A stretch of 37,786 nt of DNA from Planctomycetaceae bacterium (GTDB lineage: Bacteria > Planctomycetota > Planctomycetia > Pirellulales > UBA1268). The stretch is taken from positions 1 through 37,786 of the forward strand of contig JBJTIE010000183.1 in assembly GCA_046094845.1 (NCBI GenBank), read 5' to 3'. The position numbers were made by a program, and so were the translations under genes. This document shows positions 9,648 through 19,206 of this stretch, piece by piece. Below the pieces are notes generated by a model, which did no database searches, was not told the DNA's origin, and saw only the letters and a program-made list of their open reading frames with translations. Each line of letters starts with the position of its first letter. Position 1 is the stretch's first letter.

Positions 9648-10958
9648 TCACCCGTAGATCCGGCGCCGACCCAGCACCTTGTGCTGGAGTTTCTTGAGTG
9701 GCCGCAGCGTCGCCGGCGTGTGGTCTCGCATCCACTCGCAGTTGATGCAGTTCATGTGTCGGCCGCACTTGTCCAGCCAGCACGTGACGGGAGAGACGAA
9801 CGCGTGTGCAATCCTGTCGAGGTGATCCGCTCCAGAGGAGCCCTTCAGCAGGATCACTTCTCCGGGGAGTGCCGTCTCCTGCAGGTATGCGGCGATGTCC
9901 TGCACGGTTCCCAGGAATACCGCACGGCCGTGGGCCACATCCTCCGCTGGGACGCCCACGCGGGAAGACGTGTGACGGAGGAAAATGATCCTGTCGACAC
10001 GGTCCCAGGCATGTTTCAACGCTCTGCGGTAGGCGCGCCGCGCATCGCCGGGGTAATCCGACAGCGTGCCCAGCACGAGCGTCCGTCGCGCAGCGTCCGC
10101 AAACGCGTCCAGCGTCTCGAGGCTCGACTGCATCGACCACGACGGCGACTTGGTCGTGTCGCAGATGAACGACGGGCCACCGGGAATCGAGAGCAGTGTG
10201 CATCGGCCGAACACCGGCTCGAAAGTCGCCATGCGCGACCGAATGTCATGCCAAGACACCCCAAGCCGATGGGCGACCGCGACTGCAGCCAGCGCTGCGA
10301 CGTGGAAGTGACGACCAATGAATGGAGTCGTGAGTAGGACGTGCTCACCGCCGTGGCGGCAGTCGATCGTGAGCCTCCGATCAGCCCCCGTGGTCAGCGA
10401 TATGGCACGGTAATCGGCTTCCGGGCTCACGCCAAACGTCACCACGGGCGCGACGACACCCGACACGCTTCGGCGCAGATCTGCGTCGTCCGCGTTCACC
10501 ACCAGGAAGCCGTGGGCAGGTACGTCGCGGGCGAGCGTGGCCATTTCCGCGGCAGCGCCTGCTGATCCGCGGAAGCTCGTGTAGTGGTCCAGGCCACTGA
10601 TCGTGAACACGGCGACCGTGGGTCGCAGAACCGCGGCGATGGAAGCCAGATTTCCCGCAGGGAACTCGCTTGCCTCGATGACCGCCGCCGAAGTCCGTGG
10701 GCCAAGCTGGATGAACTGACCAAGCGCATCACGCACCGTGTTCGCATACAGCGACACACCCACGCCAGGCGGACCCCCGAGCAGGTGCGCAAGCAATGTG
10801 ACGGTCGTCGTCTTCACCGCGGTGCCCGTGACCGCGATCACGGGGGCCGACCCGAGCAGTTCCCGCCGCACCGCTGCACGACGTACACGAGAGGCATGCC
10901 GGACCGCCCGTACTCGGTTTCGGGCACGGATCAGCATGCGGCGTACGGCCGATCCCAT
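9648..10958 (-). CDS. MurF-like Mur ligase paralog with no N-terminal domain and a C-terminal Cys cluster
   Basis: VIAVTGTAVKTTT P-loop variant, DH, VNADD, GR, LVLG and LLKGS motifs; ends in C-x4-C-x5-C-x2-C. Start taken at ATG 10958 after GGAGG. Confidence 0.8.
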   Translation of the reverse strand: MGSAVRRMLIRARNRVRAVRHASRVRRAAVRRELLGSAPVIAVTGTAVKTTTVTLLAHLLGGPPGVGVSLYANTVRDALGQFIQLGPRTSAAVIEASEFPAGNLASIAAVLRPTVAVFTISGLDHYTSFRGSAGAAAEMATLARDVPAHGFLVVNADDADLRRSVSGVVAPVVTFGVSPEADYRAISLTTGADRRLTIDCRHGGEHVLLTTPFIGRHFHVAALAAVAVAHRLGVSWHDIRSRMATFEPVFGRCTLLSIPGGPSFICDTTKSPSWSMQSSLETLDAFADAARRTLVLGTLSDYPGDARRAYRRALKHAWDRVDRIIFLRHTSSRVGVPAEDVAHGRAVFLGTVQDIAAYLQETALPGEVILLKGSSGADHLDRIAHAFVSPVTCWLDKCGRHMNCINCEWMRDHTPATLRPLKKLQHKVLGRRRIYG

Positions 10959-11094
10959 CGCGTGCGTCCCCCGAGCCTCCGAGTTCCTTTTACGCGGATG
11001 GCTTATAGGTGCGTCCGCCATCCATGGAAAGGGCAGCCTCGTGGGGGTAATCTTTCCCGGAGCGTTTCTTTCGCAGCGACGATCACCCGCAGCC

Positions 11095-11609
11095 ATGAGC
11101 ACCGTACCCGAGACCGCTCGCAGCCGGCTGGCAGTCGGCTTTCGACTCGACTCCTTGTGGGCCGAAACGATGGGCATCGATCCGAGCGACACGAAGGAAC
11201 GGCCGCTCCGGCTCGTGGCCGAACTGCTCAACCGGGCGGGCGTGGCGTACGCGTTGATCGGCGGCGTGGCGGTTCAGATCCGCACGATGGAGCCTCGCAC
11301 CACGCTCGACATCGACGTCGCGGTGCCGTGTGGTTTGCCGACGTTCCGCGGGCCGCATTGCTGGCCGCGGGCTTCGATCACACGGGCCGCCACGAGCACA
11401 GTGACAACTGGCGGGCGCCACCCGCCGGGCCGGGCAGTCTGCGGACGGCGGTGCAGTTCTCCGCCGAGGACGTGGGGATCGCCGACGCCGTTTCCCATGC
11501 GGAGCTGACGGATCTTGCAGATGGCCTCCGGATGCGGGTGGCGACGCCGGCCGACCTGATCGTGCTCACACTGGCGGCCGCCGCCGAGCCCCGCCGCCGC
11601 AAGGCCTAA
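11095..11609 (+). pseudogene. Nucleotidyltransferase (AbiEii/DUF6036-like), frameshifted and probably 3'-truncated
   Basis: The first frame gives YALIGGVAV...PRTTLDIDVAV (GG..A / R.T.D.D NTase motif). Coding-like text continues in another frame from about 11330 (FADVPRAALLAAGF...VATPADLIVL) and stops at 11609. Confidence 0.7.
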
Positions 11610-11619
11610 AAGCCGCGGG

Positions 11620-12255
11620 CTACGTGCGCGCCGTCCAGCCGTAGGGCACATAGCGGCTCTCGACCGTGCCGTCGCCGTGAAGGTCGATGACCGCATAGCC
11701 GAAGTCCGTGCCGTTGTGCGGCCCCTTCCACCAGCCGGCCGAGACGGCGCCGTTGCAGAAGTAGGCCACGCCCCCGTAATCGATCCGCTCCACGACGTGC
11801 AGGTGGCCGCTCACACAGGCCTTCACATTCCGGTGCCTGGCGAAGAGCTTCTGAAACCGCAGGTGGTCGACGTGCACGAGTCCGCCCGAGAGGGCGAACG
11901 ACGGCTTGCCGTCCTTGCCCGGGGCTCCGATCCCGGCCGAGGCGAGCGGATGCACCGAGAGGATCGGGATGTGCGACACGAGCAGGACCGGCGTGGTCGC
12001 CGGAACCGCCGCGAGATCCTGTTCGAGCCAGTGCCACTGGGCGTCGTCGAGCTTGCCGATGTAGCTCTCCCCGTGGGGAAACACGCTGTCGAGCAGCACG
12101 ATATGCCAGCCGCCCCTGTCGAAGCTCTCGTAGGCCACGCCGCGGCCGAACTGCTCGCAGGCCCATGCCTTGCCGTAGAGCGGCTCGTCGCCCGTGGTCT
12201 TCGCCTTCGACTTCGTCCAGCCCCAGACGTCGTGGTTGCCGACCACGCTCCGCAC
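11620..12255 (-). pseudogene. Calcineurin-like metallophosphoesterase, 5'-truncated
   Basis: GNHD, LLDS, SHIP and SGHLH motifs are present. The N-terminal DxH and GD motifs are missing, and the frame runs into a palindrome and the mfd stop with no room for them. Confidence 0.72.
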
Positions 12256-12270
12256 CTCGAGCGAGCGTGG

Positions 12271-12337
12271 AAAAGGTGCCAGCCACCAAATCTGGAGAAT
12301 ATGCCATCTTGCCCAGTTTTGGTGGCTGGCACCTTTT
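12271..12337. repeat. 25-bp inverted repeat hairpin (REP-like, family D; possible mfd terminator)
   Basis: aaaaggtgccagccaccaaatctgg (12271-12295) versus ccagttttggtggctggcacctttt (12313-12337), 24/25 complementary, immediately after the mfd stop. Confidence 0.8.
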
Positions 12338-12338
12338 T

Positions 12339-15300
12339 CTAGCCTTTGAGTAGCGACCGGATGCTCGCGAGGACCTTGTTTGGGTCGGCGAGGGTGTCGG
12401 CCTGGAGCGGTACGACGGCGGTCTTCTGATCCACGACCCGCACCACGCGGCCCTTCTTCGCCGCCGCCTGCCGGAGCTTCTCGATCGCGGTCCGGTTGTG
12501 GTGGCCGAACATGATCATGCCCGGATGCCGCGTGATCGAGTCGATGCCATGAGCCGTGGCCAGCGCCTTGAGCTTTGTGAAGTCGAGCAGCCGGCGGGCC
12601 TCGTCGGGCAACGGGCCGAAGCGATCGGCGAGCTCGCGGGCCAGATCGTCCACCTGGCTCTCCGCCGTGGCCCGCGAGAGCCGGCGGTAGACGTCGATCT
12701 TCGCGCGGAAGTCGGGGATGTAGTCACGGGGCAGCCAGGCCTCGCCAGGCAGATCCACGTTCACCGCCGGCGGCTCGGCCGGCGGCATCTTCTTCATGCC
12801 GCGGACCGCCTGCTCCAACAGCCGGCAATAGAGCTCGTAGCCCACGGTGGCGATGTGGCCGCTCTGCTGCGTGCCCAGGAGGTTGCCGGCGCCGCGGATC
12901 TCGAGGTCCCGCATCGCGAGCGAGAAGCCCGCGCCCATGCTCGAAAACTCCTGGATCGCCCGAAGCCGCTTGGCGGCCGTGCTCGTAAGGCGGGCCGTCT
13001 CGTCGACGAGCAGGTAGCACCAGGCCCGGTGGTGCGACCGGCCCACGCGGCCGCGGAGCTGGTGGAGGTCGGCGAGGCCGTAGTTGTCGGCCTCGTCGAT
13101 GAAGATCGTGTTGGCCCGCGGGATGTCGAGGCCGCTCTCGATGATCGTGGTGGCCAGGAGGATGTCGGTGGTGCCGGCCACGAACGAGAGCATCACCTCC
13201 TCGAGCTCCGTCTCCGAGAGCCGGCCGTGGGCGATGCCGATCGTCGCCTCGGGCACGATCGCCTGGATCTTCTGGGCCACCTTGTGGATGTCGTGGATCC
13301 GGTTGTGCACGAAGAACACCTGCCCGTCGCGGGCCAGCTCCCGCTCGATGGCGTTCTTGATGAGCGACTGATCCCAGCGGGCCACCTTCGTCTCGACCGG
13401 AATGCGATTGACCGGGGGCGTGGTGAGGCTCGAGATGTCGCGGATGCCGAGCATCGACATGTGGAGCGTGCGCGGGATCGGCGTGGCCGTCATCGTGAGC
13501 ACGTCCACGCTCGACCGCAGGGCCTTGAGCCGCTCCTTCACGTCCACGCCGAACCGCTGCTCCTCGTCCACGACCACGAGCCCGAGGTTGGCGAAGTGGA
13601 TGTCGGACTGGGCGAGCCGGTGGGTGCCGATGACGATATCGACCTTCTTGCGGGCCAGGCCTTCGAGCGTGTCCCTCTCCTCGGCGGTGCTCGCCAGCCG
13701 TGAGAGCGAGCGGATCACGAACGGAAATTCCTTGAACCGCGCGGTGAACGTGCGGCGGTGCTGCTCGCAGAGCACGGTGGTGGGCACGAGCACGGCCACC
13801 TGGGTCCCCGCCTCGACCGCCTTGAAGGCGGCCCGCATCGCCAGTTCCGTCTTTCCGAAGCCCACGTCGCCGCAGAGCAGGCGATCCATCGGCCGCGGCT
13901 TTTGCATGTCGTCGCGGATCGCCTCGATCGCCGTCAGCTGGTCGGGCGTCTCGTCGAATGGAAATGACTCCTCGAACTCCCGCTGCCAGGTCGTGTCGGG
14001 GGGAAACGCGATCCCGGGCCGGCTCTCCCGCGTGGCCTGGAGGCGGATCATGTCGGCGGCCATGTCGGCCACCGCCTTCTGCACCGCCTGCTTCTGCCGC
14101 TCCCAGAGCGTGCCGCCGATCTTTGCGAGCTTGGGGGCGAGCTTCGTGCCCCCCACGTACTTCTGCACCAGCTCGATGCAGGAGGCGGGCACGTAGATCC
14201 GCGTGCTCTCCGCGAACTCGACCTCCAGAAACTCCTCGGTGCGGCCATGCTGCTCGAGGAGCTTGAGCCCCTTGTAGCGGCCGATGCCGTGGGCCACGTG
14301 GACGACGTAGTCGCCTTCGTGGAGATCGAGGAACGTGTCGATCGCGCGGGAGAGCCGCTGCTTGGCGGGGCGGGCGGCAGGCGCGTCTTCGCGACGGAAG
14401 AGTTCGCCGCTCGACACGAGCACGAGCTTCTCGGGCACGAGCCGGAAGCCGCCTGACAGATGGCCGCGGGCGAAATGGAGTCGTTTCGTGCGGGCCGGTG
14501 CCGAGTCGGCAAGCAGCTCGCGGAGCCGCTTCTCCTCCGCATCCGACGGGGCAATCACCCACACGTCCTGATCCTTGCCGACGGTCTCCAGCTCCTCCTT
14601 CACGCGGTCGAGCGAGCCTGTGAACCGCTCCACGCTCTCGACGGCGAGTGCGGCGGTCGCCTCCAGGCTCGATGGCGCGATCGCGGAGAGCGTCACCGAC
14701 GCAAACCGGTGCAGCCGCGCGAACACGTCCTCAGGCTCGAAGAGGCCGGCGTCACCCAGCCGGTCGTGCATTCGCTTCGCCTCTTCGGCGAGCTCGCCCG
14801 GCTCGACAAGGGCCACGATCGATCCCGTGGGCAACAGCTCGGCCAGGTGGGCGCGGCGGCCCGAGCCCGCCGTGGCGGCAAGTGCCGTGAGGTCGATCGC
14901 CTCCAGCGTGGCCACGCTCCGCTGCGAGACGGTATCGAACGTGCGGAGCGACTCGATCTCGTCGCCGTAGAGCTCCATCCGCACCGGCCGTTCCCAGTCG
15001 GCGGCAAAGAGATCGATGATGCCTCCGCGGCGGGCGAACGTGCCGGGCGTGTCGATGGCGTCGGTGAGCTGCCAGCCGCGGGCCGTGAGCCAGTCGGCGA
15101 GTTCCTCGGGGTTGATCCGGCCGTCGACGGCGAGTCGCCGCGTGCCGGCTGCGATGTCGCGCGGGTCGGGGAGGGGAGCGAGCAGGGCCTGGATGCTCGT
15201 GACGACGATCGCCGGCCGTGCGGCTGCATCGGCTGCCAGCCGCTTGACCACCGCCAGCCGTTCTGGCTCGGCCGGGTCGGCATCGTCTTCGCCGAAGCTT

Positions 15301-15614
15301 TCGAGGGCGGGGAGCAGGGCCGCGGCAGTGGGGCTGAAGAGCGTGAGATCGTCGACGAAGGCGTCGGCTTCGGCGGCATGGGGCAGCACGACCACGAGCG
15401 GGGCGGGCGGGCCAGGGTGCTCGACGAGGGGCTGGGCGAGGGCACGGGCGATCGCCGCCACGGTGAGCGCAGACGCCGATCCCCAGGTTCCGCCGACCGT
15501 CCCGCCATGCCCCGCGCGGAGGCTGGCGATCACGTCGGCGAACCCGCGGTGTGTCGCGAGCGTGGCGGGCAGGCCAGGCAGCCGCCCGCCGTCCGGTGGG
15601 GCGTGTGGGGCCAC
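12339..15614 (-). CDS. mfd: Transcription-repair coupling factor
   Basis: RRGGIID, GDYVVH..HGIGRY (CarD/RID), MDRLLCGDVGFGKT, DEEQRFGV, TATPIPRT, QLRGRVGR and DLEIRGAGN motifs, plus the TRCF C-terminus. Start set at GTG 15614, since the ORF extension crosses a REP doublet. Confidence 0.96.
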   Translation of the reverse strand: MAPHAPPDGGRLPGLPATLATHRGFADVIASLRAGHGGTVGGTWGSASALTVAAIARALAQPLVEHPGPPAPLVVVLPHAAEADAFVDDLTLFSPTAAALLPALESFGEDDADPAEPERLAVVKRLAADAAARPAIVVTSIQALLAPLPDPRDIAAGTRRLAVDGRINPEELADWLTARGWQLTDAIDTPGTFARRGGIIDLFAADWERPVRMELYGDEIESLRTFDTVSQRSVATLEAIDLTALAATAGSGRRAHLAELLPTGSIVALVEPGELAEEAKRMHDRLGDAGLFEPEDVFARLHRFASVTLSAIAPSSLEATAALAVESVERFTGSLDRVKEELETVGKDQDVWVIAPSDAEEKRLRELLADSAPARTKRLHFARGHLSGGFRLVPEKLVLVSSGELFRREDAPAARPAKQRLSRAIDTFLDLHEGDYVVHVAHGIGRYKGLKLLEQHGRTEEFLEVEFAESTRIYVPASCIELVQKYVGGTKLAPKLAKIGGTLWERQKQAVQKAVADMAADMIRLQATRESRPGIAFPPDTTWQREFEESFPFDETPDQLTAIEAIRDDMQKPRPMDRLLCGDVGFGKTELAMRAAFKAVEAGTQVAVLVPTTVLCEQHRRTFTARFKEFPFVIRSLSRLASTAEERDTLEGLARKKVDIVIGTHRLAQSDIHFANLGLVVVDEEQRFGVDVKERLKALRSSVDVLTMTATPIPRTLHMSMLGIRDISSLTTPPVNRIPVETKVARWDQSLIKNAIERELARDGQVFFVHNRIHDIHKVAQKIQAIVPEATIGIAHGRLSETELEEVMLSFVAGTTDILLATTIIESGLDIPRANTIFIDEADNYGLADLHQLRGRVGRSHHRAWCYLLVDETARLTSTAAKRLRAIQEFSSMGAGFSLAMRDLEIRGAGNLLGTQQSGHIATVGYELYCRLLEQAVRGMKKMPPAEPPAVNVDLPGEAWLPRDYIPDFRAKIDVYRRLSRATAESQVDDLARELADRFGPLPDEARRLLDFTKLKALATAHGIDSITRHPGMIMFGHHNRTAIEKLRQAAAKKGRVVRVVDQKTAVVPLQADTLADPNKVLASIRSLLKG

Positions 15615-15659
15615 GCGAACCGTTATACACGCCGCCCCGGAGACCCGTTGCGCATACCC

Positions 15660-15802
15660 GTAGTCCGCATGCTCCGCATGCGGCACCCGGTGTACATACC
15701 GCAGGCCTCGGCTATTCCCGTGCGAGTCTGCCCGCCGGTGTCCGGCATTCGTTCGGCCTGCGGTATTCATGCCGTGGGCCACACACGGAGTGTGTGGACT
15801 AC
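15660..15802. repeat. REPIN-like doublet, family A (143 bp)
   Basis: GTAGT-CCGCATGC-TCC-GCATGCGG (15660-15683) and an inverted copy at 15779-15802, between the divergent mfd and ilvB genes. Confidence 0.9.
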
Positions 15803-15907
15803 GGGGAGTGACGGGCCTACGGGGGTCTCCCGGTTTTTGGAGCCGTTTTCATCGTGTATGGTTGAGGGACGTCATCCACCTGTTTCACCCCGCCCAGGAG
15901 CCCCCGC

Positions 15908-17680
15908 ATGGCCACCGCCTCCCGCCCGAAAGCCGCCGCCTTCGTGTCCGGAGCCGACGTGGTCGTCGAGTCGCTCATTCGCCACGGCGTAGACGTCATC
16001 TTCGCCTATCCGGGCGGGGCGAGCATGCCGCTCCATCAGTCCCTCACCCGCTACAAGGATCAGATCCGCACGATCCTCCCGCGGCACGAGCAGGGGGGCG
16101 CGTTCGCCGCCCAGGGCTACGCCCGCACGACCGGCAAACCGGGCGTCTGCATGGGCACCAGCGGCCCGGGCGCGCTCAACCTCGTCACGGCGATCGCCGA
16201 CGCCAAGCTCGACAGCATCCCGATGGTGGTGCTCTCGGGCCAGGTGGGCACGAGCGTGATCGGCACCGACGCGTTTCAAGAGACGCCCATGGTGGAGGTC
16301 TGCCGCGGGATCACCAAGCACCACTACCTCGTCACCGACGCCAACGACCTGGCCCGCGTGATGAAGGAGGCGTTCTACATCGCCACCACCGGCCGCCCCG
16401 GCCCCGTGCTCGTCGATCTGCCGAAGAACATCCAGCTCGCGCAGTTGCAGCCCGACTACGACGTGCCGATGAACCTGCCGGGCTACAAGCCCGAGCAGCG
16501 GAAGCCGGCGCCGGCCGAACAGATCGCCCAGGTGGCGGCCGCGATCAAGCGGGCCAAGAAGCCGGTGATCTACGCCGGTGGCGGCTTGATCGCGTCGGAT
16601 GCCTCCGACGAACTGCGGGCGCTCGTGAAGAAGACCGGGATCCCGGTCACGATGACGCTCATGGGCCTGGGCACCTACCCCGGCGACGACCCCCTCTCGC
16701 TCGACATGCTCGGCATGCACGGCAGCGTGTACGCCAACTACGCCGTGGACGAGGCCGACCTGCTGATCGCGGTGGGCGTGCGATTCGACGACCGGGTGAC
16801 GGGCAAGGTGGAGGCCTTCGCCCAGCACGGTTTCATCGTCCACATCGACATCGATCCCTCCGAGATCAACAAGAACAAGCTCGTGCACGTGCCGATCGTG
16901 GCCGACGTGAAGACGGCCCTCGGCCAGCTCAACGCGATCGTGGAGCCGCCCGCGGCCGACCTCGCCCCGTGGCATGCCGAGATCGCCGCCTGGAAGAAGG
17001 AGGATCCGTTCTCGTTCGACACGAGCTACCCCGGAATCCTCGCCCAGGAGGCGATTCACGAGCTTTCGAAGCTGACGGCGAAGCAGGACACCGTGATCGC
17101 GGTGGGCGTGGGCCAGCATCAGATGTGGGCGGCGCAGTTCTACACGTTTCGCCGTCCGCGGACGTGGCTCTCCTCCAGCGGCCTCGGCACGATGGGCTTC
17201 GGCCTGCCGGCGGCGATGGGGGCCAAGGTGGCCTGCCCGAACTCGCTCGTGGTGGACATCGACGGCGACGGCAGCATCCTGATGAACATCCAGGAGTTCG
17301 CGACCTGCCGCACGGAGAACATCCCGGTGAAGGTGCTGCTGCTCAACAATCAGCACCTGGGCATGGTGGTGCAGTGGGAGGACCGGTTCTTCAAGGGCAA
17401 CCGGGCCCACACCTACCTCGGCCCGATCGATCACCCCGAGGCCTGCGGCCAGGGCGACGGCATCTCGCCGAGCGACCGCTATCCCGACTTCGTGGCGATC
17501 GCCAAGGGCTTCGGCTGGCAGGCAGAGACGATCTCCGAGAAGAAGGATCTCATTCCGGCCCTGAAGCGGATGATCGAGTCGCCCGGCCCGGCGCTGCTCG
17601 ACGTGCAGGTGCCCTACCAGGAGCACGTGCTCCCGATGATCCCGTCGGGCATGACGGTGAAGGACCTGATCAAGAAGTAA
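15908..17680 (+). CDS. ilvB: Acetolactate synthase large subunit (biosynthetic)
   Basis: [52 protein letters not shown] and GDGS...NN (TPP) motifs; AGGAG RBS. Confidence 0.96.
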   Translation: MATASRPKAAAFVSGADVVVESLIRHGVDVIFAYPGGASMPLHQSLTRYKDQIRTILPRHEQGGAFAAQGYARTTGKPGVCMGTSGPGALNLVTAIADAKLDSIPMVVLSGQVGTSVIGTDAFQETPMVEVCRGITKHHYLVTDANDLARVMKEAFYIATTGRPGPVLVDLPKNIQLAQLQPDYDVPMNLPGYKPEQRKPAPAEQIAQVAAAIKRAKKPVIYAGGGLIASDASDELRALVKKTGIPVTMTLMGLGTYPGDDPLSLDMLGMHGSVYANYAVDEADLLIAVGVRFDDRVTGKVEAFAQHGFIVHIDIDPSEINKNKLVHVPIVADVKTALGQLNAIVEPPAADLAPWHAEIAAWKKEDPFSFDTSYPGILAQEAIHELSKLTAKQDTVIAVGVGQHQMWAAQFYTFRRPRTWLSSSGLGTMGFGLPAAMGAKVACPNSLVVDIDGDGSILMNIQEFATCRTENIPVKVLLLNNQHLGMVVQWEDRFFKGNRAHTYLGPIDHPEACGQGDGISPSDRYPDFVAIAKGFGWQAETISEKKDLIPALKRMIESPGPALLDVQVPYQEHVLPMIPSGMTVKDLIKK

Positions 17681-17704
17681 TACGAAGTGCCCGCCTGCCG
17701 GCGT

Positions 17705-17949
17705 GTAGCCGCAGAGTGGCACTCTGTCGGAATGCGGGTCGCGGCGTCGTTCGGCTGTCGAGATGTCGGTTGGCGGAACCACCGTGTGCAGACTGCCAGT
17801 CTGCACCTACGCGCTGCGCGGAGGCGTCGTTTCACGCAGGCTCGTAGCCGCAGAGTGGCACTCTGTCGGAATGCGGGTGGCGGCGTCGTTCGGCCGTTGC
17901 GATGTCGGTTGGCGGGGCCACCGTGTGCAGACTGCCAGTCTGCACCTAT
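17705..17949. repeat. Two tandem REP doublets, family B (106-bp units, 139-bp period)
   Basis: Each unit is GTAG-CCGCAGAGT-GGC-ACTCTGTCGG ... GTGCAGACT-GCC-AGTCTGCAC-CTAC. Units are 17705-17810 and 17844-17949, between convergent genes. Confidence 0.88.
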
Positions 17950-17961
17950 CAAGCACCGGGC

Positions 17962-19197
17962 CTACTGTCCGAAGGGATTCACGACCGGTTCGGACCCGTC
18001 GGCGGCGGGCTGTGCTTCGCTGTCGGCCGCCGCCGGTTCGCGGGCTGCGGGCGCCGGACGACCGGTGAGCATCGCGAGTACGTCGAGGATCGCCGTCTCG
18101 TCGGGATTCGTGTCGATCATCGTGGCCGCTTCGCGAAGCGTGCCTCCGAGTGCTGCGGCTTCCTGGGGATCGCCGCCGCGAATCGCCGCGATGCCTCCCC
18201 TGCCATCCGGGCCAGTCAGCGCCTCGGCGAGCGTCATCAGTTCCCAAGCCACGCGGCGATAGGCCAACGTGGACCCGGCCGATGCGGCCGCCGGCTTGCC
18301 CCGTGCCTTCTCCGTCTCCAGGGCCGTCAGCGCCGTTGCACGGCAGGCGGCCACCACCTTGCCCCAGTCGATTCCATCCGCCTTCGCGCCGGCCGCGGCC
18401 GCGGCGACCGCCGCCCGCGCCCGCAGCCTCGTCGGCCGCGAGGCATCTTCCAGAATGGCGATCGCCGGCGGGGCGGCGTCCGGCGGCGCCGCCGTGCCGA
18501 GTTCCGTGACCATCGCCAATGCCCGCGCGGCGAGCCAGTCGGCACCGGCCCGGTCGCTGATCTGGGGCAGGGAGGGCAGCAGCTTCACGAGCACGGGCCC
18601 GGCCGTCGGAGCCGCAGCCGGCCCCGCGGCCTCGACGTGTCGCGCGAGCCCCTCTGCCGCCACGATCCGCAGGGGCAGCGGCAGCTTGGGATCTCCCACG
18701 GCCGCCGCCAGCGGTGCAGCGGCGGCCGGCCACGGCTTTCCGTCCTTGCCCTTCACCTCGCCCACGAAGAGGAGCGAATTGATCCGCACGATCGGCTCGA
18801 CCTTGTCGTTTCGTGACGCCGCCGTCATGAACCCGACGATCGTCTGCAGGGCCGCGTCCAACGCCTTCGGATCGGTGGCGGCGTCGCCACAGAGCAGCTC
18901 CCGCATCCGCCGCCGCACCCGCTCGATCCCGCCGCGATTCGCCGGCAGCCCGAGTTGCGGCAGGGCGCTGTTCGTGAGAAATGCCTTCGTGGCGTCATCG
19001 AAGCTCCCTTCACGGAGCGCGAGCCGGTAGTCGGTGAGCTCCTGCGACGCCTCGAACTGCTTCCAGTCCGCGGCGGCCTGTGCGGCGGCGGGCTGGGCCC
19101 GAGCGACGGCCGCCGGGCCGACGAGAGCGACGGAAAGCCAGCAGTAGACGACCGCGGCTCGCGGTGACGGGCAGGCCATCGGGATTCGCGACGACAT
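17962..19197 (-). CDS. Secreted alpha-helical (HEAT/ARM-like) hypothetical protein, last gene of the pilM operon
   Basis: Signal peptide ending in ARA|Q, Ala/Leu-rich helical repeats, 9 nt from the upstream gene. Confidence 0.75.
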   Translation of the reverse strand: MSSRIPMACPSPRAAVVYCWLSVALVGPAAVARAQPAAAQAAADWKQFEASQELTDYRLALREGSFDDATKAFLTNSALPQLGLPANRGGIERVRRRMRELLCGDAATDPKALDAALQTIVGFMTAASRNDKVEPIVRINSLLFVGEVKGKDGKPWPAAAAPLAAAVGDPKLPLPLRIVAAEGLARHVEAAGPAAAPTAGPVLVKLLPSLPQISDRAGADWLAARALAMVTELGTAAPPDAAPPAIAILEDASRPTRLRARAAVAAAAAGAKADGIDWGKVVAACRATALTALETEKARGKPAAASAGSTLAYRRVAWELMTLAEALTGPDGRGGIAAIRGGDPQEAAALGGTLREAATMIDTNPDETAILDVLAMLTGRPAPAAREPAAADSEAQPAADGSEPVVNPFGQ

Positions 19198-19206
19198 GAT
19201 GCGGTG

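Noticed and set aside
11095-11609. Programmed frameshift or intact toxin-antitoxin module
   Set aside because: There is no slippery homopolymer at the shift, the C-terminus looks truncated, and no partner antitoxin gene is evident.
15615-15782. N-terminal extension of Mfd in the ORF track
   Set aside because: It runs through the REP doublet (the HAEHADY-type text is REP translation) and the intergenic promoter region.
17705-17949. CRISPR array or small genes (ORFs 17687-18262, 17614-17952)
   Set aside because: Only two near-identical units of inverted palindromes; the ORFs merely translate the repeat.
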